Sequence record: SRR20825006_498
Strand: one strand, 5' to 3'
Length of the DNA: 64,000 nucleotides
The notes beneath the pieces are model-generated. The model saw only the letters and a list, made by a program, of their open reading frames with translations, was not told where the DNA came from and searched no databases. Both the position numbers and the translations under genes were made by a program. Each line of letters opens with the position of its first letter. Position 1 is the stretch's first letter. Positions 1 to 10,055 of this stretch are shown here, piece by piece.

Positions 1-216
1 GCCGAAATCCTTCATCGGCGAGGTGAAGAACGGCGAAAGCCAGACGGCATCCGCACCCAAACCGGCAATATAATCCAGCCGATCGGCAATACCGCGGATA
101 TCGCCAATGCCATCGCCATCAGAATCCTGGAACGAGCGGGGATAGACCTGATAGATCACCGCACCGCGCCACCAGTCCTTATCGACGGCATCCGTTTTTG
201 TTTTTGTATCAGTCAT
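1..216 (-). CDS. aglA: Alpha-glucosidase (GH13), N-terminal part; runs off the window
   Basis: Manual translation [42 protein letters not shown]...[15 protein letters not shown] is a typical GH13 N-terminus; follows aglG. Confidence 0.93.
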   Translation of the reverse strand, partial: MTDTKTKTDAVDKDWWRGAVIYQVYPRSFQDSDGDGIGDIRGIADRLDYIAGLGADAVWLSPFFTSPMKDFG

Positions 217-256
217 GATGTTGTCCTGAGTTCCATAGCACCTGCAAAGGGCGGCA

Positions 257-1402
257 TCAGCCACCTTTGACCGAGCCGGCCAGAAGACCGCGCACGAGAT
301 AACGCTGCAGGGCGAAGAAGACGATGAGCGGCACAATGATCGAAATAAAGGCCGATGCCGTGAGAATCTCCCAGTTGCCGCCGCGTGAACCCAGAAGTTC
401 ACGTAGTCTGGCCGTCAGCACGATGGTCTGCTCACTGTTGCCAAGGAAAACGGTTGCCACCAGCAGATCGTTCCAGGTCCAGAGGAACTGAAAGATCGCA
501 AATGAAGCAAGTGCGGGATAGGAAAGCGGCAGAATGATCTTGTTGAAGATCGTGAAATCATTGGCACCGTCAACACGGGCCGATTCCATGATCTCGCGTG
601 GCAGACCGGCGATATAGTTTCTAAGCAGATAAACCGCCAGAGGCAGGCCGAAGCCCATATGCGCAAGCCATATGCCGACATAGGTCTTGGACGGTACATT
701 AAACGTCTGTCCAATCTTGTTATACATCTGCAAGAGTGGAATGAGCGACATTTGCAGCGGCACGACAAGCAACCCGACAACAATCGCCAACAACAGGTTG
801 CGGAAGGGAAACTTCATCCATGACAGCGCATAAGCTGCATAGGCAGCCACCAAAACCGGAATGATCGTCGACGGAATGGCCACCGTCAGCGAATTCAGGA
901 AGGACTGCCCGATCCCTTCCGAGGTCAGAACATTGCGATAGTTGTCCAGCGTGAAGCGTGGTGGAATTTCCGCCGTCACAAAAATGCGCTGGCCCCGGCG
1001 CCCTTCGAACGGCTCCTGAGAGACCATTCGGTAATCACCGTTGTTATCAACAGTGAGCGTCTGCCCATCATCGATATCGACAGTCTGACCAACCTCATAC
1101 TCAGTTGGGCGCAGCGATGACGTGCCAAATTTCGTGATCTTGCCGGAACTTCCCTCAAGAGCATTACCCTTGATGACATAGACGCCATCTTCTTCCACTT
1201 GCCCGCCCGCACCCGGCGTGCGGTAAATCAGGTTCTGAGTCGAGGTTGACAGAGCCGTCCACCAACCCGAGGCGACGATTTGGTCCTTGTCACGAAAAGA
1301 CGTGACCAAAAGACCGAATGTCGGCACGGTCCAGAGAACGACAAGAAGCAGCACAGTGATATGCGAAAACCAGACGAGAGGAGACCTTTTATGTGCGTGC
1401 AT
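257..1402 (-). CDS. aglG: Alpha-glucoside ABC transporter permease
   Basis: EAA-like loop (ESARVDGA), [11 protein letters not shown] segments; operon context. Confidence 0.9.
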   Translation of the reverse strand: MHAHKRSPLVWFSHITVLLLVVLWTVPTFGLLVTSFRDKDQIVASGWWTALSTSTQNLIYRTPGAGGQVEEDGVYVIKGNALEGSSGKITKFGTSSLRPTEYEVGQTVDIDDGQTLTVDNNGDYRMVSQEPFEGRRGQRIFVTAEIPPRFTLDNYRNVLTSEGIGQSFLNSLTVAIPSTIIPVLVAAYAAYALSWMKFPFRNLLLAIVVGLLVVPLQMSLIPLLQMYNKIGQTFNVPSKTYVGIWLAHMGFGLPLAVYLLRNYIAGLPREIMESARVDGANDFTIFNKIILPLSYPALASFAIFQFLWTWNDLLVATVFLGNSEQTIVLTARLRELLGSRGGNWEILTASAFISIIVPLIVFFALQRYLVRGLLAGSVKGG

Positions 1403-1403
1403 C

Positions 1404-2414
1404 TCAACGGCCCTCCATCTCTTTGTTGGCGTTGCGGATATTCCAGATCATGATCGGAATCACCAGAACCATGATGACGATGGCAATCGCCGCACCACGA
1501 CCGAAGTCGCCCCCGCCTCTGAACATCCAGTCGAACATGAGATTGGCGAGTACCTGCGTATTCCATTGCCCGTTGGTCATCGCCAGAACGATATCGAAAA
1601 TCTTCAGAACGATGATGGTGATCGTTGTCCAAACGACCGCGATGGTGTTGTAAATCTGCGGGATCATGATCTTGAAGAAGATCTGAAACCCGTTCGCACC
1701 ATCAATGACAGCCGCCTCGATGGTTTCTTCAGGAATACCGCGCAGCGCAGCCGACAGCAGCACCATGGCAAAACCGGTCTGAATCCACAAAAGGATGATC
1801 ATCAGGAAGAAGTTGTTCCAGAACGGCATGGCGATCCATACATGCGGCTCACCGCCAAGCCCCACGACAATTGCGTTCAGCAGGCCGATCTGCTCACTTC
1901 CCGCACCGCGATAATCATAGACGAATTTCCAGATCACCGAAGCGCCGACAAAGGAAATCGCCATCGGCATGAAGATCATCATCTTGGCGAAAGACCCCCA
2001 CCAGATGCGATCTGTCAGCCACGCAATCACCAGACCGAAGAAAGTCGACATTGCCGGAACGAAAACAAGCCAAAGCATGTTGTTGAAGATCGATTGCCGG
2101 AATTCGGAATCGAAGAACATCCAGCGATAGTTCGCCAAGCCAACAAATTGCTGCCCCGAAGGTCCGTGCAGCGAATAATCCACTGATGCGACGATCGGAT
2201 ATATCAGGTAAACCGAAAGCGACAGCAAGGCAGGCCCCAAAAACAGCCACGGGCGGATCATCCCCGAAATGCGCAAGTTCCGTGCGCCTCGCGCCGGATC
2301 GTGGGTATTGGATGGAAAGATCAGATCAAGCAGTTTGTTGGAGCCATAGAAATATGCCACGGCGACAGACACGCCGATAATGACGGCCACCAAGGCTTTG
2401 ATTATTTGTTCCAC
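1404..2414 (-). CDS. aglF: Alpha-glucoside ABC transporter permease
   Basis: EAAVIDGA motif, TM helices; GTG start at 2414 chosen from GGGAG RBS spacing (ORF track TTG at 2423). Confidence 0.9.
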   Translation of the reverse strand: MEQIIKALVAVIIGVSVAVAYFYGSNKLLDLIFPSNTHDPARGARNLRISGMIRPWLFLGPALLSLSVYLIYPIVASVDYSLHGPSGQQFVGLANYRWMFFDSEFRQSIFNNMLWLVFVPAMSTFFGLVIAWLTDRIWWGSFAKMMIFMPMAISFVGASVIWKFVYDYRGAGSEQIGLLNAIVVGLGGEPHVWIAMPFWNNFFLMIILLWIQTGFAMVLLSAALRGIPEETIEAAVIDGANGFQIFFKIMIPQIYNTIAVVWTTITIIVLKIFDIVLAMTNGQWNTQVLANLMFDWMFRGGGDFGRGAAIAIVIMVLVIPIMIWNIRNANKEMEGR

Positions 2415-2594
2415 GCCCTTCAACTCCCTAGAACGGTGCTGTGTCCTGCGGATCAGGCGCCGTCCTACTCATTGTTCAATTAGGTTCTTTCGCCTATCCC
2501 GGAGGGCTTGCCTCCGCTCGGGAAACGCGAACAGGCTTACGCCAAGCCACAGCGACCGAAGACTGCCCGCGTTCCACCCAAGGAAGCCATCAGG

Positions 2595-2622
2595 TGCAGC
2601 CGGGCCCGCCGGGCCCGGTGCA
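2595..2622 (-). terminator. GC-rich stem-loop after aglE (terminator or mRNA stabiliser)
   Basis: TGCAGCCGGGCC-CGCCG-GGCCCGGTGCA inverted repeat just 3' of the binding-protein gene. Confidence 0.45.
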
Positions 2623-2653
2623 GTATGACAGATTTAGCCGGATCTGACGATTG

Positions 2654-4009
2654 TTACTTGATCGACTTCCAGGAGTTCTGGATTGCAGTAGCCGACTGTT
2701 CGGCGGATTTTCCACCGACGAAATCAACCATGCCGGTCCAGAAAGCACCTGCACCAATCTTGCCCGGCATCAGGTCGGAACCATCAAACCGGAACGTCGT
2801 TGCCTCGGTCAGGATTTCACCCTGCCTGCGCAATGCGTCATTGGCATAGGCATCAGGAGCCGCCCCCGTGAATGGGGTCAGGAAACCGGACTGAGCCATC
2901 CACACTTCATGGGCAATCGGCGTTTCCAGAAACTCGATAAAGGCACGCGCTGCCGGGCTGTCATTGGTAATACCGAACAGCGTACCGGCACCGAGAACCG
3001 GCTTGCCAAGATCTTCCCCTTCATAAGCCGGGAAGTAGAAGAAGTCAGCGTCAAGCCCCAGTTCCGTACCTTCCGGGAAGAAAGACGGAATAAACGAAGC
3101 CATGTGATGCATGTAGCACTTCGGCGGAGAATCGAAGAGACCCTTCGGGCTATCGCGGAAGTCGGTGGAAGCGACAGCAGCAACGCCACCGTCAACGAAC
3201 TTCTCATTCTTGGCAAACCAACCGAATTCATCAATGGCATTGACGACGCGCGGATCATTGAACGGGATCTCGTTTGTGACCCATTGATCGTAAACTTCCG
3301 GCGGCTGCGTGCGCAGCATCATGTCTTCAACCCAGTCGGTTGCCGGCCAGCCGGTCGCTCCGCCGGAACCAAGTCCGATGCACCAGGGCGTTCCACCATC
3401 AGCAACGATCTGCTCGGTCAGCGCTTTCAGATCTTCCATGCTTTCCGGCACATCGTAACCGGCATCATCGAAGTTATCCGGCACATACCAGACGAGCGAT
3501 TTAACATCGGCCTTGTAAGGGAAGACATAGAGGCTTTTTTCACCGTCAGGACCGGCATAGGTCGAGAGATCGACCCAGGACTGACCGGCGGCATAGTTTT
3601 CTTCCAAAAACTCGGCAACGTCGGGGCCAAGTTTGGTCAGCAGCCCCTTGGTGGCCAGATCAGCAGCCAGACCGGGTTGCGGGAAAATGGCAATATTGGC
3701 CGGGCTGCCGGCCTGCGTATCGATCACAATCTGCTGCTCGAACGAGTCGGAACCGGCATATTCAACATTGGCGCCGGTGGCTTCTTCGAAATAAGCCAGC
3801 ACGCTTTCGATCAGAGCCTTGTCGGGACCAAGCCAGGGGCCGAAAAGTGAAAGGGTCTGACCGCTCAGATCATGGTCTTCGGCGAACTGGTTGTAACTAT
3901 CCCAGTTGAACTTTGCATCTTCACCGGGTGCGAATTTAAGATCGGCAGCGCCAGCGACCCCCACAGAAAGTGCGAGCGCGGCAACGCCGGTCATAAGAAC
4001 TTTATGCAT
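2654..4009 (-). CDS. aglE: Alpha-glucoside ABC transporter substrate-binding protein
   Basis: Signal peptide, sugar-binding-protein features (SGGATGWPATDWVED), context. Confidence 0.9.
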   Translation of the reverse strand: MHKVLMTGVAALALSVGVAGAADLKFAPGEDAKFNWDSYNQFAEDHDLSGQTLSLFGPWLGPDKALIESVLAYFEEATGANVEYAGSDSFEQQIVIDTQAGSPANIAIFPQPGLAADLATKGLLTKLGPDVAEFLEENYAAGQSWVDLSTYAGPDGEKSLYVFPYKADVKSLVWYVPDNFDDAGYDVPESMEDLKALTEQIVADGGTPWCIGLGSGGATGWPATDWVEDMMLRTQPPEVYDQWVTNEIPFNDPRVVNAIDEFGWFAKNEKFVDGGVAAVASTDFRDSPKGLFDSPPKCYMHHMASFIPSFFPEGTELGLDADFFYFPAYEGEDLGKPVLGAGTLFGITNDSPAARAFIEFLETPIAHEVWMAQSGFLTPFTGAAPDAYANDALRRQGEILTEATTFRFDGSDLMPGKIGAGAFWTGMVDFVGGKSAEQSATAIQNSWKSIK

Positions 4010-4073
4010 GTGATTTACCTCCCATCACATTTGACCCATGAAAAGGGTCGCATCTGTCGAACAGCGCTGCTTC

Positions 4074-4085
4074 CAAAGCGCTTTG
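4074..4085. promoter_or_regulatory. LacI-type (AglR) operator
   Basis: Perfect palindrome CAAAGCGCTTTG with central CG, between aglE and aglR. Confidence 0.75.
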
Positions 4086-4237
4086 ACAAGATTAGAGAAT
4101 TCTCCTGTGACAGCTTTGAGTCAACCCCTTTCGATCTAAAGAACCTATTTTTTGCGTATTTCCGCCCCTTTTAGGTATTTATTTCAACTTTGGAACAAAA
4201 AGGACTTTCCGAGGAGGCTTTCACCTTGATAAAAAGT

Positions 4238-4249
4238 CAAACCGCTTTG
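4238..4249. promoter_or_regulatory. Second AglR operator
   Basis: CAAACCGCTTTG, one mismatch to the first site, upstream of aglR. Confidence 0.65.
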
Positions 4250-4308
4250 GAAAAATATTCGACCTCCATCATCGAACGTTCATTCTTAGCGCAAGGGAGG
4301 ATAACGGT

Positions 4309-5343
4309 GTGAATCTCAAGGAATTATCGACAAGGCTCGGGCTTTCGCCGACCACAGTCAGCCGGGCACTGAATGGCTACCCGGAAGTAAATGCCGCCAC
4401 GCGCGAACGCGTTTTGCGTGCAGCCAGAGAAACGGGATACCGACCAAACCGCACCGCCCAACGGCTCGCGACCGGCAAGGCAGGCTCTATTGGCCTTCTA
4501 ATGCCGGTGGGCGCTGAGGCCATGTCGGACCTGCATTTTGGTGAGTTCCTGAGCGGAGTTGGCGAAACCGCACGTGCCAAGGACTTTCACCTTGTCGTCA
4601 TGCCCTCTGATCCGGCGGATGAAGTCTCGGGGCTTGTCAGCCTAGCCACCAGCGGCAACGTCGATGGGCTGTGCCTCGCCTATATCCGCGAAAATGACTC
4701 CCGTATCGACCTGATGGAATCGCTTGGTCTGCCGTTTATTGTTCATGGCCGTTTTTTCTCGCCACCCCAACCCTACCCCTTTCTTGATGTTGACAATGAA
4801 GCCGCTTTTTACGAGGCGGTTCGGCTTTTGCTGCAACTCGGTCATCGCCGGATCGGGTTGATCAATGGCGACGAAACGCTCGGTTTCGCCGTCAGACGGC
4901 GCAACGGTGCATTGAAGGCACTTCAGGAAATGGAACTTTCCTTTGATCCGCAACTGCATTGCTCGGCCACAATGACGGAAGAAGCCGGGCAACGAGCAGC
5001 GGCCGCTTTTCTGGCGCTGCCGGAACCTCCGACCGCGATGCTGTGCGCAAGCATGGTGCAGGCCCTTGGCGTCGTGCGCGCCATTACCCAGTCCGGCAAG
5101 CAGATCGGACGCGATATCTCGCTTATTTCCTATGATGATGTCTTGCCTGTGCTTCGTCCGGAACATTTCACTGTGCCACTGACGACCACGCGCTCATCGC
5201 TCCGAACGGCGGGCAAACGCATCGCCGAGCGGTTGATCCAGCGCATCAATGGTGAGGAAACCGAGGACTTTCAGGAACTTTGGCGGCCTGAGCTGGTGTT
5301 ACGCGCCTCAACAGGCCCTGCACCAGTGAGGAAAACAGCATAG
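4309..5343 (+). CDS. aglR: LacI-family regulator
   Basis: N-terminal HTH (LGLSPTTVSRALNG), sugar-binding core; divergent from aglE. Confidence 0.9.
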   Translation: MNLKELSTRLGLSPTTVSRALNGYPEVNAATRERVLRAARETGYRPNRTAQRLATGKAGSIGLLMPVGAEAMSDLHFGEFLSGVGETARAKDFHLVVMPSDPADEVSGLVSLATSGNVDGLCLAYIRENDSRIDLMESLGLPFIVHGRFFSPPQPYPFLDVDNEAAFYEAVRLLLQLGHRRIGLINGDETLGFAVRRRNGALKALQEMELSFDPQLHCSATMTEEAGQRAAAAFLALPEPPTAMLCASMVQALGVVRAITQSGKQIGRDISLISYDDVLPVLRPEHFTVPLTTTRSSLRTAGKRIAERLIQRINGEETEDFQELWRPELVLRASTGPAPVRKTA

Positions 5344-5440
5344 CTTGTCTGAGCTGCACCACTCCTTTCTCGCGTCTTTGTGTTGACAAACTCAGCCATA
5401 CGCTGCTTCTCCGCAGACCAGAGACCAGCGGAAAGGCTTC

Positions 5441-6526
5441 ATGGAACAGCGGAAGAAAAAGACCCGGGCGAACGGCAAGGCAATTGGGAACTCAAAAGAT
5501 CTGATCGAGGCCGGACTGGTACCTGCTGAAAGCGACCGGACCTTGCAGGCCGTAGAGGCCAGTTTTTCTATTCGCATCACGCCGCACATCATCGGGCAGC
5601 TGAACGAAACCGAGCCGGATAGTCCGCTTTACACACAATACATCCCGGACGGCCGCGAACTCGCCATCAGCGAAGAAGACCTTGATGACCCGATTGGCGA
5701 TGCGCTTTTCGAGAAAGCCAGGGGGGTCACTCACCGATACCCTGATCGTGTTTTGTTGAAACCGACTCATACCTGCCTTGTTTATTGCCGTTTCTGCTTC
5801 CGACGCGAAAAAGTCGGCCACCCGGAAGAGGCGCTCGACAAGGCTGCGATGAACGAGGCGCTCACTTATATCCGGGAAAACGACAGCATATGGGAAGTGA
5901 TCCTTTCAGGTGGCGACCCGCTGGTTCTGTCTGACCGGCGCCTTGGCGAACTGATGACAGCACTCGGCACCATCGACCATGTTGCCGTAATTCGATTCCA
6001 CACCCGCGCTCCGCTGGCGGATCCTTCCCGCGTGACAGACAGCCTCGTTGCTGCACTTAGACAATCCGGCAAGGCCGTACATTTCGTCCTGCACGTCAAT
6101 CACGTCGACGAGCTGACACCGGATGCCTTGCAGGGCCTGGCGAAACTGGCGGACAACGGCATTCCTCTTTACTCACAGACCGTTCTGCTCAAAGACGTCA
6201 ATGACGATGCCGAAACGCTTGCTACCCTATTTCGCAAACTGGTCGCCAATCGGGTCAAACCCTACTACCTGCATCAGCTCGACAAGGCCCGTGGCGTTGG
6301 CCATTTCCACGTCAGCATAAAACGCGGGCAGGAAATCATGCAGTCACTGAGAGGTCGTTTATCCGGGCTTTGCCAGCCCACTTATGTACTGGATATTCCC
6401 GGCGGTCACGGCAAAATACCTGTTGGACCGACCTATCTTTCCGAAAATGACGACGGCAGTTTCACCGTAACGGATTATCGCGGTGAAACGCATATATACA
6501 AAGAGACTGCCTCAGGACCATTCTGA
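5441..6526 (+). CDS. Lysine 2,3-aminomutase-like radical SAM protein (KamA/EpmB family)
   Basis: HRYPDRVL, CLVYCRFCFRR (CxxxCxxC), LSGGDPL, PTYVLDIPGGHGK. Confidence 0.9.
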   Translation: MEQRKKKTRANGKAIGNSKDLIEAGLVPAESDRTLQAVEASFSIRITPHIIGQLNETEPDSPLYTQYIPDGRELAISEEDLDDPIGDALFEKARGVTHRYPDRVLLKPTHTCLVYCRFCFRREKVGHPEEALDKAAMNEALTYIRENDSIWEVILSGGDPLVLSDRRLGELMTALGTIDHVAVIRFHTRAPLADPSRVTDSLVAALRQSGKAVHFVLHVNHVDELTPDALQGLAKLADNGIPLYSQTVLLKDVNDDAETLATLFRKLVANRVKPYYLHQLDKARGVGHFHVSIKRGQEIMQSLRGRLSGLCQPTYVLDIPGGHGKIPVGPTYLSENDDGSFTVTDYRGETHIYKETASGPF

Positions 6527-6636
6527 CACCCTCCCTATGGCAGCGTCGGCAGATCAGGCCCGTCGACCGCAAATGCAAAAGGCCTGTCCGCCTGACATTC
6601 CTGTCTCAGGAAACCTTGCGTTCTGACCTATTGAAT

Positions 6637-7263
6637 CTAAACATCGTGCTTTCCGAAAATCGATTTCGTTTTTCGGGCCGATACGCTGGCGCACCGGACA
6701 GACAGTCTTGTGCCCGCGGCGACCAGCAGCCCGCAGGCTCCGGAAAGCCAGCCTTTCTTCAGCTCAAGCCCGAGGAAACGGTGACGCTCAAACGGTCCGG
6801 GCATGACAAGATGCTGCGCTTTGTCGGCGGAAAAACCGAATCTGGCATAATATTCCGGATCACCGACAAGCAGGATCGCGCCGTGGCCGCGCTGGCCGGC
6901 TGCATCAATGGCTGCACGCATCAATGCGGAGCCCGCACCCTTGCCAGCCATGGAAGGATCAACCGCCAGAGGCCCCAGCAAAAGGGCAGGCACCGGATTT
7001 CCAAATGCGTTCACACCGGCATCGACATTCCAGAGGCGAACCGTGCCGACGAGATGGCCGTCTGCATCCCGGGCAATAAGCGCAAGACCTTCTGCCGGCA
7101 GACGGTTGCGACGCAGTTTTTCCGACGACTTCTTCGTCCGCCTCGGCCCCATGGCACGATCAAGCAGGGTTTCGCGTGCAACAACGTCAGCGGTAGCCTC
7201 GTGCTCGATGACAAAGGCGGGTGCATGAAAAAGGCTGACAATTTCTTCAAAAACATGGGGCAT
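6637..7263 (-). CDS. GNAT N-acetyltransferase (YhbS-like)
   Basis: LLGPLAVDPSMAGKGAGSALM acetyl-CoA motif, LVGDPEYYARFGF; alternative start 7275. Confidence 0.85.
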   Translation of the reverse strand: MPHVFEEIVSLFHAPAFVIEHEATADVVARETLLDRAMGPRRTKKSSEKLRRNRLPAEGLALIARDADGHLVGTVRLWNVDAGVNAFGNPVPALLLGPLAVDPSMAGKGAGSALMRAAIDAAGQRGHGAILLVGDPEYYARFGFSADKAQHLVMPGPFERHRFLGLELKKGWLSGACGLLVAAGTRLSVRCASVSARKTKSIFGKHDV

Positions 7264-7396
7264 GGTCTCATCCACTCAAAAACAAGAGTGCGCCGGATAG
7301 CCGGATATGACCGAGGTCTCCGGCTGGCTCAAACCGGCGCAGCCGTTCAAAGGCCGCGCCGGGTTCAAGTGACTGCGGGGTGCCGGGAAGACGGCT

Positions 7397-8530
7397 TCAG
7401 ATCACGTAGGATCTGAGCGGCTCGAACCCGTTGAAGGCAACCGATGCATAAGTGGTTGTGTAGGCACCGGTTCCCTCGATCAGAACCTCGTCACCAATCG
7501 TAAGCGAGATCGGCAGCGGATACATGTTCTTCTCATACATGACATCGGCGCTGTCACAGGTCGGACCAGCCAGAACGCAAGGCTCCATTTCGTCGGCATC
7601 GCGCTCGGTGCGGATCGGGTAACGGATCGATTCGTCCATGGTTTCAGCCAGACCACCGAACTTGCCGATATCGAGGAAGACCCAGCGATGGGCGTCCTCA
7701 TCCGACTTTTTCGAAACCAGCACGACTTCCGCCTTGATCACACCGGCATTGCCGACCATTCCGCGGCCCGGCTCAATGATCGTCTTTGGCAACTGGTTAC
7801 CGAAATGACGCGAAAGCGCAGCAAAAATTGCCTGACCGTAAGCTTCTGCGGAGGGAACATCGCGCAGATACTTGGTCGGAAAGCCACCCCCCATATTGAC
7901 CATTTCAAGGTAGATGCCCTGCTTGGCAAGCTGGGCGAAAACCCGCTTGGCATCGGCAAGCGCTGCATCCCATGCATCAAGCTGCGTCATCTGCGAGCCA
8001 ACATGAAAGGAAACGCCGTAGCTCGTCAGGCCCAGCTGATGGGCATAGACCAGCACATCAACAGCCATCGGCGGTACGCAGCCAAACTTGCGTGAAAGCG
8101 GCCATTCAGCGCCTTCGCCATCGGTCAGCACACGGCAGAAAACTCTGGCACCGGGTGCGGCACGGGCGATCTTTTCAACTTCCTCATGGCAATCGACAGC
8201 AAAAAGGTTGACGCCAAGCGCATGGGCGCGAGCGATATCGCGCTCCTTCTTGATCGTGTTACCAAATGAAATGCGATCGGCGCCAGCACCGGCCTCAAGT
8301 GCCATTTCGATTTCAGCCACAGAAGCGCAATCGAAATTTGATCCGAGACCAGCAAGAAGCTCAAGAATTTGCGGGGCAGGATTGGCCTTGACCGCGTAGT
8401 AAATGGCGCTGTCTGGCAGCGCATGGCGAAAAGCGTGATAATTCTCGCGCACAACATCGCGATCCACAACAAGGCAGGGACCTTCCGGGCGGCGTGTTTT
8501 GAAGAATTCCGCGATACGTTCGGTGGTCAT
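7397..8530 (-). CDS. speF: Ornithine/lysine decarboxylase, fold-type III PLP enzyme
   Basis: YAVKANP (PLP lysine), FDCAS, SFHVGSQ, GPTCDSAD; start MTTERI after GAAGGGGG RBS. Confidence 0.93.
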   Translation of the reverse strand: MTTERIAEFFKTRRPEGPCLVVDRDVVRENYHAFRHALPDSAIYYAVKANPAPQILELLAGLGSNFDCASVAEIEMALEAGAGADRISFGNTIKKERDIARAHALGVNLFAVDCHEEVEKIARAAPGARVFCRVLTDGEGAEWPLSRKFGCVPPMAVDVLVYAHQLGLTSYGVSFHVGSQMTQLDAWDAALADAKRVFAQLAKQGIYLEMVNMGGGFPTKYLRDVPSAEAYGQAIFAALSRHFGNQLPKTIIEPGRGMVGNAGVIKAEVVLVSKKSDEDAHRWVFLDIGKFGGLAETMDESIRYPIRTERDADEMEPCVLAGPTCDSADVMYEKNMYPLPISLTIGDEVLIEGTGAYTTTYASVAFNGFEPLRSYVI

Positions 8531-8784
8531 GGTAACCCCCTTCTTTCGAAGCATTGACCCTTGGAATAAGGGTCGACAAAGGGCGCATCGTTCCGAGCAG
8601 CAAAACCGGCCGGTGGAGACCCCGGTCATTGTTGCAGCGGCGAACGCTCAAGATAGAACCCGACCGTTGAAAGTCGAAGGTTCGGCTTTGTCTGCCTTGG
8701 ATTGGAGGGATATCCCAACCGCACTTCCGGCAATGATGGTATGTGCCTCTATGAGTATTCGACTGTTGGAAAGTCGAACGACAC

Positions 8785-8938
8785 CAGAAAGGCCCGCACC
8801 GTCGTTGCTTCAAGATGTCCTCGCTTGTCCGGTTGGCCGGAGAAACGACTGGAGGGGTTAATTCCAGGTACCTTACCGAAATCCTCACCAATATTCGAGG
8901 CTCGGCGGACACCCACAGGCACGCGCGACTTTGGGCAA
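8785..8938 (-). ncRNA. speF leader element of alphaproteobacteria (boundaries approximate)
   Basis: Recalled motif blocks GCCTGTGGGTGTCC...GGTAAGGTACCTGGAATTAACCCCTCCAGTCG...GACATCTTGAAGCAACGACGGTGCGGGCC, 250-400 nt upstream of the decarboxylase. Confidence 0.75.
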
Positions 8939-9071
8939 ACGCAGAAATATGCAAATCACACTTGAAAATCAAGTGCGTGCACCAAAAAATCATGTCAGAC
9001 AGGTGGTCAAAACTGCTATCTGTTTGACAAAGTTCAAACAAAATTTTCGCAACAGCTAATCAGGAGCGGTT

Positions 9072-9971
9072 ATGGATACTTTGACGCGTATGCGGGCCTA
9101 TCTGGAAGTGGTGGAGGCAGAAGGTTTTTCCGCCGCCGCCCGCAAGACCGGACGCTCCAAGGCGCTCCTGTCCAAATATGTACGTGAACTGGAAGACGAC
9201 CTCGGTGTCCTCTTGCTTAACCGCACCACCCGCCAGTTTTCGTTAACGGAAGCCGGGCATCTCTATTACCGCCGTGCAGAAGAAATCGTACAGGAGATCG
9301 ACAATCTCTCCGATGCCGTACGCGCTAACAATACCGATCTGCGTGGCCGTCTGCGCATTTCGGTCCCACGTTCCTTTGTCGATGCCCATATCGGCCAGTC
9401 GCTGATCGATTTTGCCCGCGACCACAAAGACCTTACACTGGAAATCGTAGCCGAGGACCGGTTCGTTGACCTGGTCGAGGAAGGCTATGATGTCGCCATC
9501 CGCATCACCACGCTTGACGATTCCACAATGATCGCCCGCAAACTGGCCGATTTCGGCAATTGGATCTGTGCGTCTTCAGAATGGCTCGGCAATCTGGAAG
9601 AGGCACTGGAAAAGCCCTCGGACCTCTCGCATGTTCCGTTTATCATCGACACCAATTCACGCTCCTACAACACACTGCGGTTTGAAAATGGCGACGGCTC
9701 GTCCTATTCTGTTCCAATCAAGGGACCCATTGAGGTCAACTCGCCTATGGCAACCATGCGCGCGGCCAGATCCGGTCTCGGTGTTGCCCTGATCCCCGAT
9801 TTCATTGCCCGCCAAGCCGTTGCTGCCGGCGATCTCGTCACCATATTCGATGACCAGATCCCGCGACGCGCCGGGATTTATGCCGTATACCCGGAGCGCC
9901 GTTACCTTCCGGCAAAGGTGCGCTCCTTCGTGGACTATCTTTCGAAGTGGTTTCGCGAAAACTGCAACTGA
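9072..9971 (+). CDS. LysR-family regulator (CrgA-like)
   Basis: GFSAAARK...LEDDLGVLLLNRTTRQFSLTEAG HTH; DLVEEGYDVAIR. Confidence 0.93.
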   Translation: MDTLTRMRAYLEVVEAEGFSAAARKTGRSKALLSKYVRELEDDLGVLLLNRTTRQFSLTEAGHLYYRRAEEIVQEIDNLSDAVRANNTDLRGRLRISVPRSFVDAHIGQSLIDFARDHKDLTLEIVAEDRFVDLVEEGYDVAIRITTLDDSTMIARKLADFGNWICASSEWLGNLEEALEKPSDLSHVPFIIDTNSRSYNTLRFENGDGSSYSVPIKGPIEVNSPMATMRAARSGLGVALIPDFIARQAVAAGDLVTIFDDQIPRRAGIYAVYPERRYLPAKVRSFVDYLSKWFRENCN

Positions 9972-10055
9972 GCGCCCAGGCCCGGCAAACGAGCATGTTT
10001 CTGACTCAATTTTGCCGTAACCAAACCGGCATCCGACTTTTCTCACGGAATCATC

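Noticed and set aside
2651..3850. 399-aa plus-strand ORF, and similar long ORFs at 1287-2186, 18658-19680, 47200-48450 and 61334-62473
   Set aside because: Antisense shadows of well-supported genes, expected at this GC content; no recognisable motifs
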